Source: Octopus vulgaris
Lineage: Eukaryota
Length of the DNA: 64,000 nucleotides
Assembly (NCBI GenBank): GCA_951406725.2
Contig: OX597831.1
Location: forward strand, 20,956,001 to 21,020,000
Direction: 5' to 3'
Below, in pieces: positions 13,778 through 28,525 of this stretch. The notes beneath the pieces were generated by a model. That model saw only the letters and a list, made by a program, of their open reading frames with translations, did not search any database and had not been told where the DNA came from. The translations under genes and the position numbers were made by a program. Position 1 is the first letter of the stretch. The number at the start of each line of letters is the position of its first letter.

Positions 13778-14346
13778 AAGTATTTTCTCAACGCTGTATC
13801 GATCGATTCTGCCTGTTAAGCACTGAGGTCGATGTAATCACTTAACCTTTTCACCCTCAAAATTACTAGATTTGCGCAAAAATTTGAGACCATTACTCTT
13901 GCTGTTGTTGTTGTCATTGTTTTGCTTTCCCGCTTTCCCCCCGCTCCCGTCGCTGCTGGAAACGCTGTAATAGAGATGCTGTTTATATGGTTCTGCGGTC
14001 GTTGTTATATACATTTAGAAATTTCTAGATTGATCTCTGAAAATTTTCACTGATATATACTCACGAAAAATAGTGATAAATCTTTGCTTGCCAGTTGTCA
14101 GTTGTATTGAGAACAACAATCTATTTTCGTCAGAAAATCTTTGTTTAAACATTAAACGTGCGCGTGTGAGTGAGTGTATGTTTGTGTGTATGAGTGTATG
14201 TGTGTGTGTGTGTATGTGTTTGTGTGTGTGTGTTCAGAGTGTAAATCTCGACGAAAGAATCAAGGAGAACACGGTCCATAACGGGTCTCGGTTGAAAATA
14301 AACAATAGTGTTAGAAGAGTATTGTAGTTCGCTTGAAGCATTGTGT

Positions 14347-14680
14347 ATTGTTTATGAAGAATAATATGTTTTGAGTGGTACAGTAATGTCCTATAATACA
14401 AAAATGGACTATATACCTGTTGAAATTTAGTTATCCATAGTCCGATGAAATTTCGGAATAAAATTCCTTCTTCAGAGATTCTTAGATGGTGTCGCTGATA
14501 TCATTGGTTTTCTAAAACCGATTATAGCAGCGACTCCATCTAAGAATATATGAAGAAGGAATATTCTTCCGAAATATCATATCAGACTATGGATGGTTAA
14601 ATTCCAACAGGTATATAGCCCATTGTCTGTATTATAGTACATTGTTGTACCATTCAAAATTTTTATTGTTTACAAACAAT
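14347..14680. mobile_element. Fold-back palindrome (~165-bp arms) with a degenerate hammerhead motif in each arm; Penelope-like remnant
   Basis: Arms are imperfect reverse complements around attggtttt-ct-aaaaccgat (~14510). Minus-strand arm: aatct CTGAAGA aggaattttattcc GAAA tttca TC ggact. Plus-strand arm: aTGAAGA aggaatattcttcc GAAA tatcata TC agact. Confidence 0.75.
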
Positions 14681-14959
14681 TAGTGTATGCCCCATTATTC
14701 AAAAGATATGACCTTACAGCATAGGTTCAGAGTTGAAATCCACTCATCACATCTCAGAAACCAGAAACAACGAAATGTACTGACAACGTTGACAGTGTTT
14801 ATGTGTACAACAAGTGCACATAATTTAAAGAAAATAGTATTAAGGCATGTATTATTTTCTTCTATTTTTATTTATTTGAATTATTCCTGCGAAGTGGGAG
14901 CTGGTTTCCAACAAAGATACAAACCTACATCTTTGAAATGTAGATAGCAAAAATAGATT

Positions 14960-15340
14960 CACATTTTGAACTTGATGAAAGCCTGCCATATTTTACTGAC
15001 CCAATTCACAGATTATACTTGTAGTGAGCAATTTAGCTGGTTTATTTCTTTCTCTGAAAAATCTAGCTTAACCCTATTGTCACTTAGGTTTCTACTCACT
15101 AAAGCAAATGTATAAATTATTATTGGTATAAATATGGATGTCTAATTTGGATATAGCATTTGAAAGTTTCGAACTAGTAATCCTGTTTATCATTTTCGAA
15201 GAAATATTTACACCAATAGAGTCGGTGACCTCAAAGAGACTACAGACATTTTCTTGCTTGTTCCAAACAATAATATCCGGCCAAACATGTTTGTACGTGG
15301 TAAAAGTTTGGATGGGAATGTTTTTCCAATGTTCTCTGTG
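14960..15340 (-). pseudogene. Decayed restriction-like endonuclease (RLE) C-terminus of an R4-clade retrotransposon
   Basis: HWKNIPIQTFTTYKHVWPDIIVWNKQENVCSLFEVT matches the W.N.PI.T....H.RPDIV......C.IIEV pattern. Confidence 0.65.
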
Positions 15341-15379
15341 TTGATGGGCGTATATACTTATGTATTTATACACATAAGT

Positions 15380-15790
15380 AGGCGTAGGAGTGGCTGTGTG
15401 GTAAGTAGCTTGATTACGAACCACATGGTTCCGGGTTCAGTCCCACTGCGTGAAACCTTGGGCAAGTGTCTTCTACTATAGCCTCGGGCCGACCAAAGCC
15501 TTGTGAGTGGATTTGGTAGACGGAAACTGAAAAAAGCCCGTCGTATATATGTATATATATGTGTGTGTGCGTGTGTGTGTGTGTGTGTACGTTTGTGTGT
15601 CTGTGTTTGTCCCCCAAACATCGCTTGACAACCGATGTTTACGTTCCCGTAACTTAAACCGATAGAATAAGTACTAGGCTTACAAAGACTAAGTCCTGGG
15701 GTCGATTTGCTCGACTAAAAGGCGGCGGTGCTCCAGCATGACCACAGCCAAATGACTGAAAGAAGTAAAAGAGTAAAAGAGTAAAAGAGA
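15380..15790 (+). mobile_element. SINE family A
   Basis: Consensus match with a small internal deletion in the 3' module. Confidence 0.9.
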
Positions 15791-16528
15791 TAAATATGTA
15801 AATATAGGTGAAATCACTCTTGGTGCTCTTGCTATCATATAGTCCAGTTCAATCTGTTTCACAGTCGAGCTGTCTGCGAGCATCCGTATAGCGAGCCTGC
15901 TTGGCGAGAAGGGTGGTTTTCGTAGGACGAAGGAAAAAACTTGTTAGCGGTCTGACGATTTGTGTAGAGTCAATGGCCGTCCATTAACAGGGAGTGAAAG
16001 TGTTTAGGCTTTGTTTAGACAACTCTCTCGGGAAAGAAACTTCCGAAATAACACCTGTCTCATTGCAAAACTGGAGACCTTGCACTTCCTTCCTTCCTGA
16101 TAACTTGGCTTTGTTACTGAGACTCTTTAGCGCTGTTGTATAAACTGTTATTGACAGGCACCATAAGGTGTGTGTCTTGTGTGCGTGTGAATATATATAT
16201 ATAATTTACACACGCGAACACATACATATACACACACACGCATACATATGAATTCTTTGTTTTTTTATTGATAACATAACAAGCAATGATAAAATTTAAG
16301 GACCTTTGAATACTTTTCAGTAGAGCAACATATTTATTCTATAAGTACAAGTGAGACATCGACTATTACTTCGAAATTTCAACTATATAACCTTCATCAG
16401 ACATTCTGAGGAAGACTATATCGCTATATACGTGGTACATTCCAGAAGATTTGAAACGTTTTCAGGAGAAGCAGTTATGACTACCCTCGATTGTTGTAAT
16501 TTTAGCATATCATTACTATTCTTCCAAT

Positions 16529-16947
16529 AGGCGCAGGAGTGGCTGTGTAGTAAGTAGCTTGCCTACCAACCACATGGTTCCGGTTTCAGTCCCACTGCGC
16601 TGTACCTTGAGCAAGTGTCTGGCTGACCAAAGCCTTGTGAGTGGATTTGGTAGACGGAAACTGAAAGAAGCCCATCGTATATATGTATATGTATATATAT
16701 ATATGCGTGTGTGTGTGTGTGTGTGTGTGTGTTTGTGTGTCTGTGTTTGTCCTCCCAACATCGCTTGACAAACGATGCTGGTGTGTTTACGTTCCCGTAA
16801 CTTAGCGGTTCGGCAAAAGTGACCGATAGAGTAAGTACTAGGCTTACAAAGAATAAGTCCTGGGGTAGATTTCCTCGACTAAAGGCGGTGCTCCAGCATA
16901 GCCGCAGTCAAAAGACTGAAAAAAGTAAAAAGAGTAAAAAAAGAGAG
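16529..16947 (+). mobile_element. SINE family A
   Basis: Consensus match. Confidence 0.9.
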
Positions 16948-17099
16948 TATGCTGACCTGCCGGCTTCTACTACTTCAGATTGAAGGAGATGGTTGTATCA
17001 GACCTTTAAACGCAGCCTACCAAACATTGCTTGGCACGGCCCACAAGTTTGCAGAATGTAGTCGGGACGTGGAGATAATACATACAGAAAACCTAGGCA

Positions 17100-17570
17100 A
17101 ATACAAAGCAGAAGCTTTTGAAAGTCTCCTAATAGTTTATAGATTAATCAACCGAGTATGTGTTTTTCGCTAGGACAAGAGACCAGTCAAAGCAAGTTCA
17201 TGATAGTCAAAGCAAGCTCATGATAGTCTCCCATTTTGAGAGCAAGAGCATCATATGCTCTCCCTGGGTTTCGTCTGGTCAGACATTCAACAAAGGGAAC
17301 ATTGTGGCTGTTTTGAGGGATCTTATCGAAAAACGCCAGAGCTCATACACTTAGGTCGGTAGCATCTGCTCCAGAACAATGCATATGTCTACAGTTCCAT
17401 CCAGATAACCCTACTCGATAGACACGGCCATCAAAACTATCCCTCAAATTCTCGTCATGAAGAGGCTGTGACAAGGGTCATAGCCATCTTCACATTGGCG
17501 GACTCTCATGTGCCTTTACACAGTGGCTGGTGCTACAACAAATACGTTGAATTTAGCGTATCCTACATTG
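17100..17570 (+). pseudogene. Very decayed LINE (CR1/L2/jockey-like) reverse transcriptase remnant
   Basis: SHFESKSIICSP-GFRL.RHST (cf. Q.GFR..RST) and WCYNKYVEF (cf. W...W.L.FN), with frameshifts. Confidence 0.4.
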
Positions 17571-17747
17571 AAAGACATTAGAATTTTGTGCTTTAAAATA
17601 AATGTATGTCTGTTCTAAAAAATTCTCAAAACATCTGGAATACACCTTGTATATCGAAGTAGCTGTCATCATTTCCTTGTAATAATAGTAATCTCTCAGT
17701 TTCCACCTCCCCTCTCTCTCCAACCATCTACCAGTCTTTCTGTTGGC

Positions 17748-18055
<308 letters not shown>

Positions 18056-18080
18056 CTCGTTAAATATGCATTTATTTATA

Positions 18081-18190
18081 TACGAAAAGGTGCTCAAAAG
18101 GTGTTGGCTTTAAGGGAATAAAATCATAATTAACTGATTTTCCATTATTTATTTAGCTAAAGCCATGAACTTTTCAATACACCCTCGTAT
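18081..18190. mobile_element. Short mariner-like MITE remnant
   Basis: Right end gaacttttcaatacaccctcgta resembles a mariner-type TIR. Left end tacgaaaaggtgctcaaaag is a degenerate counterpart. TA flanks. Confidence 0.45.
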
Positions 18191-18361
18191 ATCTTTCTAT
18201 CTGTATGTACACCCACCCACACACTCACACAACCACACGCAAACACACATATATATGTGTATTTATATATCTATATATATGTGAGTGTATACATACGTGT
18301 ATATATACACGCTTACTGTATGTACTATGCTGTATGTATGTGTGTATTTATATATGTGCGT

Positions 18362-18403
<42 letters not shown>

Positions 18404-19237
18404 TTAGCTATTTATGTATATAATGAGAGAAATAGAAATAGAGAGAGAGGGAGGGAGTGGTAGAGAGACATGGAGAGTAAGAGAGCGAGAGCGACTGAGA
18501 TAGGGATACTGAGAAAGAAAGAGAAAGAGAGAAGTGAGACGGTTATTTTAATATTACAATTTTTTCCAGCGGTCGTGTTACGTTCGCTTGGAGATCATTC
18601 TGGCCTTTCATACAATTTTGAAATACGCGTAGTGAGAGGGTTTCTGTAGTAATTGGATTGGAGGGTTACCTTGTTAAGCACTGCATTAGAGTTGCATGTC
18701 TACTGCTACACCCGATGTTGTTGTTGCTGTTGGTGTGTCATGTCTCTAGGGGAAATGCACTTAGCTGCCTATTATTTTCTCGCAACATACACGTACATAA
18801 ACACATACACTCGTACACAACCATACATGCATACACACATACATACACGCAAGCATGCACAAATATTCTCTCATATAAATAATATAAATAACGAAGCTTC
18901 TCATTTAAATAATATCAAGTGAATTTTCTTTGCAAAATACAAGTATCCCTCACCTGGTGTGGAGTTAGAATTAACTGGATATCTTTGGTCAGCCTAAACC
19001 AATGAATTAAGCAAACAGTCCACAGGCTTCCGCACAGTTTCCGCACAGTTTCCGTCAATCCAAAATCATTCAAAACGCATGGGTCTACTAAAGTGATAAG
19101 AAAAGAGATTCCTACAAGATGACTGCCTGGTGGGACGAAACTGAGACTTCTTGATTGCAAAGCGCACTCGCACAAACACAGATATATGCATGTATATGAT
19201 TATATATTCATAAATACATACATAGATATATTGTATG

Positions 19238-19454
<217 letters not shown>

Positions 19455-20616
19455 TATAAACATATGTACACTTAAAAGTCTACCTTTCATTCCTTAAGAA
19501 AAGAAAGAAAATATTAACTACAAAAACAAAAACATTTTTCATTTATTAGACATTTCGTATTAAACAGACCAATTCAAAATAAAACATTAACATGTATTGA
19601 AATTTCTAATTTTAATAGATTGAGAAGAATTAGTATGGAACACAGCTTCGTATATTAAGTTTAATATCATTTTTTATATTAAACGACTCCAGCGGTTCGC
19701 TCATTCACTTTTCGAAAGGGAGAGAAATGTGTAAGGTATTTATCGTTTTATATCTTGCTCTGTTTTAATCGCCCATGTTACATTATATACTTTTACGTAT
19801 ATGTATTTAATAATCTGTTTAATAAGCTCTAAATGGTTTCCATTATATAAGAGATAAGAGGATAAATAAATGCTAATGAGATAAACGTTTATACAATGCC
19901 CAGATAGAAATTCATATCTATGATATTTTAGGAATATTAAGTTATTGGGAGAAAATGATATCAGAATATATGTATGCATGCATGCATGTATGTATGTGTG
20001 TATAGGTAAGTATGTATGTATGTATGTATGTATGTATGTATGTATGTATGTATGTATGTATGTATGTATGTATGTATGTATACATGCATGCATGTATGTA
20101 TGTATGTACGTATGTATTAAGTATGTATATATGTATGTGTCTTTGAACGTATGTATATACATATATCCATTCATATATAAATATATATGTATGTATACAT
20201 CCCTATATCTGTCTTTCAATACACACATACAAGCATAAATACACAGATACACTCACACAGAAACGCCCATGCACACACACGCATGCTCACACAGACACAC
20301 ACAGACACACACGAACACACACAAACATCTATTTACATACATGTCAATGTGCGTGTGTGTAACGCCAAGTAAATGAATGCATTCATTTTAGAAACAGAGA
20401 CAATGAGATAAATTTATATCGTTGACATTATAATCAACTTAATTATGTTTGTAGAAATTAAAACATGTATATATATATATGCCTACGGGTGAATGCTTGC
20501 GTGCGTGAATGTGTATGTATGTATGTATGTATGTATGTATGTATGTATGTATGTATGTATGTATGTATGTATGTATTATGTATGTATTTATGTATGTATG
20601 TATGTATGTATGTATG

Positions 20617-20682
<66 letters not shown>

Positions 20683-21221
20683 GCAATCTATCTTTTTATC
20701 TCTCAGTCTGTCTGCCTGCTTACCTGCCTACCTACCTGTCTGTCTGTATGTATAGTGTTAAAATTCGAGCATCTGATAGTTTCATGCTATGAAGACCCGA
20801 TAACTTGGTAAGTTTGTATGGCTTGTCGGGTGTTTTCAAGCAATATTTCGGATTCGATGAATATGAATACAAGACATGACTTTGGTCTTTGTAAAAATGG
20901 AGAAAATACGCTAATTTTTGAGAAAGCAAGAGAAAGGACGAGAAGATAAATGAAAAAGTGGAAAGAGGAAAGAAGAAAAAGAAGGAAAAGGTGCGTTCCT
21001 TTGGCCCATTTGAATCACACTTAATATTGTTGGTATAAATTATGCAAACGGGGAGAAGCTCGACGGTTGCGTGTCTGCATATCTAATTTGGAGAAGGTGT
21101 TGTCTTCCAGATAAATAAGTCGATTTTGTCCATATTCTTTTGTACTCTGGGCAAAAATACCGACTTTTTTTGGAGGAGGTGGTGGTGGTGGGGTGGGGCA
21201 GTAGATTACATGGACCACAGA

Positions 21222-21367
21222 ATGCAGCTGGTACTTAATTTATCGACCCCGAAAGGATGAAAAGCAAAGTCGACCTCGACGGAATTTGAACTCAGAACGT
21301 AGTGGCAGACGAAATACCGCTAAGCATTTCGCCCGGCGTGCTGACGTTTCTGCAAGTTCGCCGCCTT
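21222..21367 (-). mobile_element. SINE family B (3'-truncated)
   Basis: Head and central domain match family B. Confidence 0.85.
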
Positions 21368-22179
21368 GGAATTGTTCATATTAAATCATATTTATCACTC
21401 ACAGGATGGAAGACATTTTTAAAAATTATTTCGTCAATACCATAAGATCAAATAATATAGTAATATGTCTCTCACACACACATACACACACACATTTATT
21501 GTTTTGTCTAGTGAAAGCGATTATGCCAATATTATTAACATATGCTCTTGTTCAAATCCACTCCTTTTGTTTGTCGAAGCTCTTTCGTTGCTACTTCCAG
21601 CCTTTCCAAAACATGGTTACGAAAGAGCTTTGATTGGACAAAAACAAACCAACGACTTATTATTTAACGAAATTTACAAAAAAAAAACAACAATCAATTA
21701 GGTGGTTACTTAACAAATTGAGTGGAAATGAACCAGTGCGTGCGTTGATGATGCTGGCATAATGACTCTCCCTAAATTTGTTTCATATAAAAAATCTTGC
21801 AAACCAGATACAAAAACGAAGTGTGTATATATAAATGCATTTATCACACATACTAAAATAATGATATATATATATATATATATATATTAAAATTAAATGT
21901 AGGATAAAATCTATATAAGAATTTATCAAGTAGTCAGTGTGAAAACATTACAAGGGTAGTATTTATAATTCTTCCCTTTAAATGCATCTATTATATTCAG
22001 GGCATTACTTTACGTAAATCATATGATTTGCGGCTGAATCTCTTTTTAAGAGACGACTTCCAAGTTGCATTCCCTCGTTGCCGGTATACACTGTGTATTT
22101 ATTATGGTAATTTGGACCTTAAGAATCCCTCATAGCGTGAAGCATTTACGTGTAGCGATGCCCTTAATGTAATATAATA

Positions 22180-22366
<187 letters not shown>

Positions 22367-22792
22367 TGTGTGTGTGTACAATCATATATAATATATATAT
22401 ATATATACTCGATTATACAGAGAAAATTTCGAATTGCCTTCACAAGTTCTTCATACGACATTAATTCAATTTAATTTAGTCTGATTTTACTTGATTTAAT
22501 CTCATTTAGCAGGTTGCTGTTGTACGAAACCTCGGATGATCACGAATCCATAGATCAACAAAGACCAGGATTTACAAAATTCACGTTGCCCCACTTAAAG
22601 GTCTAGGATTCTCAATTCGAGCTTCACCCTAAGATCATGATGAAGTCAATGGCGTAGTAATCTTTGTCGCCATATTAAGTTTCTAAATCTCCCCCTCACA
22701 TGCTTTTCTCTCTAAAAGTATAGTAATTTACTAAAATAACCTGAGCCACGCAGGTTCGTTACATACACTCAGTTCGTTTGCCCTCATTTATG

Positions 22793-22837
<45 letters not shown>

Positions 22838-22879
22838 TTTGTTTAACGGTCATTTTCATACCATTCTTTTCGATGTCCC

Positions 22880-22940
22880 GATAACTGAAGAGATGGCGGC
22901 GTGGGTTTCCGCCCCGACATCCGAAACTCGGAGTCTTATC
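22880..22940 (+). ncRNA. Minimal type I hammerhead ribozyme motif with an intact core
   Basis: Stem I gataa/ttatc; CTGAAGA 22885-22891; stem II gatg...catc; GAAA 22923-22926; stem III A-ctc-g-gag-T; cleavage triplet GTC ending at 22935. Confidence 0.75.
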
Positions 22941-24387
22941 ATGGCTACCGATTAATTGTAACGTATTATATTTACATATGTATATATGTAAATATATACC
23001 CTATGTAGCATCACGCACATACATATACATAGGCATATATGTATACACATACACACACTCACACACATACACACACACACACACATACACACACATACAC
23101 ATATATGGCTTTCTTATTCTGTTCACGTCCAGAAAACTTTGTACGAATATTCAATCGATTCTAGTACTTGACTGATATTGTATTTGTTGACCTTACAGTG
23201 ATCAAAGACAAAGTTGATCCTCTGTCGAATTTGAAATCAGTGCATTCAGTGCCGTGACTGTATACTTCAGACATTTTATCTGTCGCTCTCCAGATTCAAC
23301 CTATCCAATCCCTCTCTGTCAACTAACACTCGCACACATCCACTTACATACTTGCACACACGACACACTCAGAAAAACAGAACATACATATTTGCACACA
23401 AACTCTGGCACACACACATACACACACACTCGCAGACACTCACAGACAGACAGACACACACACAAACACACTCACATACGTAAAGACAATACATAAATAT
23501 ATTCGTATCTCTATATAAATGCAGTCTCACAACCACACACGCAAATAAATGCTCAAACACGTACAGAGAAGTACACACGTGCAAACAATAGGCAAGAACG
23601 TATATGTAACCGAACTCTCATATATATATATATTTGCATACACCGACACGTATTCATTCTTAGAAGCAGACACAAATACATAACTACGGGGACACAATAA
23701 CTCGCATACAAAAACGTAGATACACTCAGATGCGAAAGCATTTAGACATACACTGACACAACTACACATACGGAATCACACAGAAACACACAAATACTCG
23801 GCCTCATACAAATATACATACAACTCCACGTTGCACACATACACACAGACAAATGAACACGAACGTCGTATCTGACAGCAGACAGAAATACATACGCCAT
23901 GACCAACCGACATTTTCTTCCTGCATACCAACAACACACATAACAACAAACATGTGCAGACACCATAAAAAAAAAAGTTCAACAAACCGATAGCAACAAG
24001 AAAATCTAGGTTACAAAGCCTGCCCGTTTTTTTATTATTATTTTGGTATAAAATAGAGCTGTTTTACGTGATACATTTAAATAAAGCTGCCACAACTCTT
24101 TTCAGAACTGACTGTCTGGAAGATATTTCTTTCTTTTCTTTATAGTTTCTTTTTTCCAAAAAATTTAATAACACACTAATTAAGTAAAATCATAAACGAG
24201 GCGTGTTAAATTGTCTCCAAGAATTTAAGGGTATATATATATATATCTTTTCTTCATTTTTTATTCTTCACACGCCAGCGAATTTCTTATTCGTAGTTCG
24301 GTGTGTATGCGTGTACATATATATAAATATACATGCATGTATATATATATAAATACATACATGTGTATATATGCATATACATACATA

Positions 24388-24451
<64 letters not shown>

Positions 24452-24570
24452 TGTATGTGTGTATGTGTGTATGTGTGTGTAGTTCATGAGATTGTGAGAG
24501 TGTATTTATCGATGTCATGCCCATGTAGGTGTGCGCATAAATATGCATGTATGTATAGATAGATAGATAA

Positions 24571-24613
<43 letters not shown>

Positions 24614-25375
24614 ACAGAAAGTGACAAAGAAGTAAAGAGGGGGAAAAGAAACAGAGAGAACAAGTCTAAGTATAGTGCTCTACATATAACTACATATATA
24701 CGTATGTATATAAATGTATATAGATAAACATACATGCATTAGTACATGCATGCAGACACACACACACACACACAAACTACATATACTGATATTTATATTT
24801 AAATGTATATATTATGTATTTATGTATGTATATACATATATATCAAATATATACACATTTATATAATACACACGGATATTATATACATATATTATTATAT
24901 GCATATATGTATACATATATATATACATATATGTAGGTATTTATATATATATATATATATATATGCGTGTGTGTGTGTATGTATGTATGTGTGTGTATGT
25001 ATATGGATCTATTTGTACTGATATATGATAATACAGTAACACAAATACACTTGTACAAGTAGCTGCACTAACACGTTTGCGCGTCCAAATTACCCATGTA
25101 TATAAACGTGTATATATATATATATATATATATAATAACAAAATAAAAAATAAAACATGCATACATACATACATGTATGTACGTACCTACATCTATATGC
25201 ATATATACATGCATATATGGGTACAGGACACCAAAAAAAAAAAAAAAAAAAACGTCGAACACAATGAGAAACGATAACATAAAAATATAACCAAGGAAAC
25301 GGACATTTTTTTAAAACAACAAAAAAAAAAAACAGAGAACAATACATACAACACAAGGAAAATTCCCCTTCTTCA

Positions 25376-25417
<42 letters not shown>

Positions 25418-25565
25418 TTACACGCACACACACGGACAGATACACACACACGCACACAAACATATATTGTAGACGTGTGTTCTTCACTCACGTCACATGT
25501 GTATTACGTAAGTTTGACGAGTGTAATATATAATTACCCTCGTCAGATTAATATTTATTGTGGTT

Positions 25566-25966
<401 letters not shown>

Positions 25967-26512
25967 GAGTGAGAGAGCAGTTCATGCCATCAAAGTGACA
26001 CTGGGGTAAAATATACGAAGCCCAGTATACCCATCATGACTACCCGTCTGATAAGGGTACACCAGGCACTTGCATCACAACCAAATGTGCGCGACATAGT
26101 GATCTCATATCAAGATAAACAGTACATGACCTTGCAGGTGGGGCCCAGTTAGAATTTCCTTCAGGTTGAGTAGCCCATCCTGTTCAAAAGGTCCCTGAAT
26201 AAGGGTTGTTTAAGGATGTTGAAAAAACCACCCATGTTTCCAGAGGTGAATTATTCAAACCCCAAAGAATCCCTCTCAACGCATGGCTATGATGCTCCCC
26301 CACTACTTCTGCTCGTGATCAGAGATGCACATATCGTCAGCCACTAAGGGACATGCTCAACTGGTTAAGGTCAAACAACTGACAAGCAAATCTGTGGTAT
26401 TGAGCAGAATATTTGCTGTAGCCCATCTTTTATACCAAGATAAAACAACGTACATGATAACACTTCCAATCAGTTAAGATCAGAAGCCATGAGAGCCACT
26501 GCCTGGTACTGC
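25967..26512 (-). mobile_element. Element D, second copy, within (ATT)n
   Basis: Reverse complement of 8749-9303 lacking about 9 nt at its 5' end. (ATT)n on both sides. Confidence 0.85.
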
Positions 26513-26566
<54 letters not shown>

Positions 26567-26577
26567 CATTATCATTA

Positions 26578-26792
26578 AAAAGGCGATCTGGTAGAATCGT
26601 TCGTACGCTGTTCAAAATGCTTAGCGGTATTTCACCCATCGCTACATTCTGAGATCAAATTCCGTCGTGGTCGACTTTGCCTTTCACCCTTTCGAGGTCG
26701 ATAAATTAAGTTCCAGTGAAAAATGGCGTCGATGTAATCAACTTGTCCCTTCCCCATAAATTTCAGGCCTTGTGCCTATAGAAGAAAGTATT
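26578..26792 (+). mobile_element. SINE family B, tail type 2
   Basis: Head aaggcgatctggtagaatcgtt; tail aaatttcaggccttgtgcctatagaagaaag(tat)n. Confidence 0.85.
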
Positions 26793-26799
26793 ATTATTA

Positions 26800-28525
26800 T
26801 CATTATTATTTTATGAAAACTTACACCTTATTTTGCTGGGTCCGCTGTCCGCAGCCAACAGACTAAGGTGATATTTGTTTACTGGTCATGTTTCAAGAAC
26901 CCTGCCAAGAATACTTGCAGCTCCAAACAATGCTAATTGTTGTAGGTGTTCTACCTTTACACTTGCACCAATCTTTGTCAGCCGTGTTGGTAGTTGAGTG
27001 CTGATTCTTCCAAGTGCACCAATTACTAATGGTACCTTGTCTATTCTCTTCATTGAACACAAACTTCGTATTTCTCACTTCAAATTTTCAGAGTTATTTT
27101 CTTCTTCTTTCACATTGACCCTGTTGTCACCGGGGTATGCTATGTTAATTATCATACTTGTTCTTTCTTTTTTCATTCACCACCACAAAGATCAGTTTCC
27201 AATGTCGGGTGATCGTTCTGGATCATTGCATTCCACTGGATTTTGAAATCCTCATTTTCGGTAACTCCTTCTGGGGTTTGTTCATACCATGTCTTTGCTC
27301 TTTGTAAGCTGTAATTTCTACAGAGCTCTCAATGGGTTATTCTCGCCACATTATCATGGTGTCTTTTGTACTCGCGCTGTGCCAATTTCGGGCATTCGCT
27401 AACGATGTGCCATATCGTTTCACTCCTCACACCACACATTCCGCATTTATCGCTATCGGTGTTGTCAATTTTGAACTTCATATAGTTAGTCTTTAACACT
27501 TGTTTCTGAGCTGCGCATATGAGTACTTCTGTCTATCTTCAGGTCACTCCTTCTCATCCATAGTCACCGGTCTCCTGTATGTGTCTTGGCGTTCACATCT
27601 CTTGCAAACTGACCCTATATTTTCTTTTCATTGCATGCTCTTTTTTTGTTGATTTCTTGTTTAAATTATTCTTTAGTTACACAATTTTAAGTGATTATGA
27701 CGCCGGCCGTCGTCGTGTGTTTGAACAGTGGTTCCAAGGTATTCTTTTATATACCCTCCTAAGCGATTTTCTCTGCTTCGATACAGACCTGGCAACTGAT
27801 TAAACCTCTCCCACCCTTTCTTCTGGTGAAGTACAGCCTATCGGTGTTACCCTTAGGGTGGAAGGCTCCGTGTACTGTCAACATTTTTCTGGTATTGGTA
27901 TCTATTTTCTTCATTTCTCTCTGTTGCCATTTTCTAATTCCCGCTCTATAAGGAAGTGATGCTATAGCCCACGTTTTAACTGCTTGGATTTTATTCAATC
28001 CAGTCAATTTTGAGCGCAACACCAACCCCAGTCTTCGGAAATACTCCATCCTCAGTTGCTCTTTCATTTACTTCTCCATTATCTCGTTGAACTCTAGTAC
28101 ACCTAGGTATTTGTATCCTTCCTTTTCAATTTGTTTAATCAAGTCTGTTCGGTAATTCTATCCCTGCTGGGGACTGTTCCTTGCCTCTTTGTAGGTAGAT
28201 TATTACACATATCCTGTGTCCAAAATCCATACTAATATCAGTGCTAAAACAGTGGACCGTGTTCACTAAGGAACTCACTTGTGTCTAGTCTTTGCCATAC
28301 AGTTTCAAATCATCCACGAAGAGAAGGTGGTTGATTGTTGGGGATGTTTTCTTTAGTTGGTGCTCCACTTTCATTTTCCTGAGTACCAAGGCCAAGAGTA
28401 TCGTGCAGAGAACGAAAAGCAACGGAGAAAGGCTGTCACGCTGGAAAATCCCTCTTCTGATACCCAGGGTGCGCGCACTTTTCCCATAAGATATCAGTTC
28501 AGTTTTCCATCCTACCATACTCCAA
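26800..28525 (-). pseudogene. 5'-truncated, decayed R4/Dong-clade retrotransposon (RT, CCHC knuckle, RLE, 3' UTR)
   Basis: RRGIFQRDSLSPLLFVL, HLLFVDDLKLYGK, EYFRRLGLVLRSKL, AFHPKGNTDRLYFTRRKGGRGL, CGMCG..ETIWHIVSEC, HHDNVA and VPLVIGALG, split by stops and frameshifts. Ends at an (AAT)-type repeat. Confidence 0.9.

Noticed and set aside
25205-25382. Minus-strand CTGAAGAagggg next to (TA)n
   Set aside because: No matching GAAA/stem III half. At most a fragment of a repeat.
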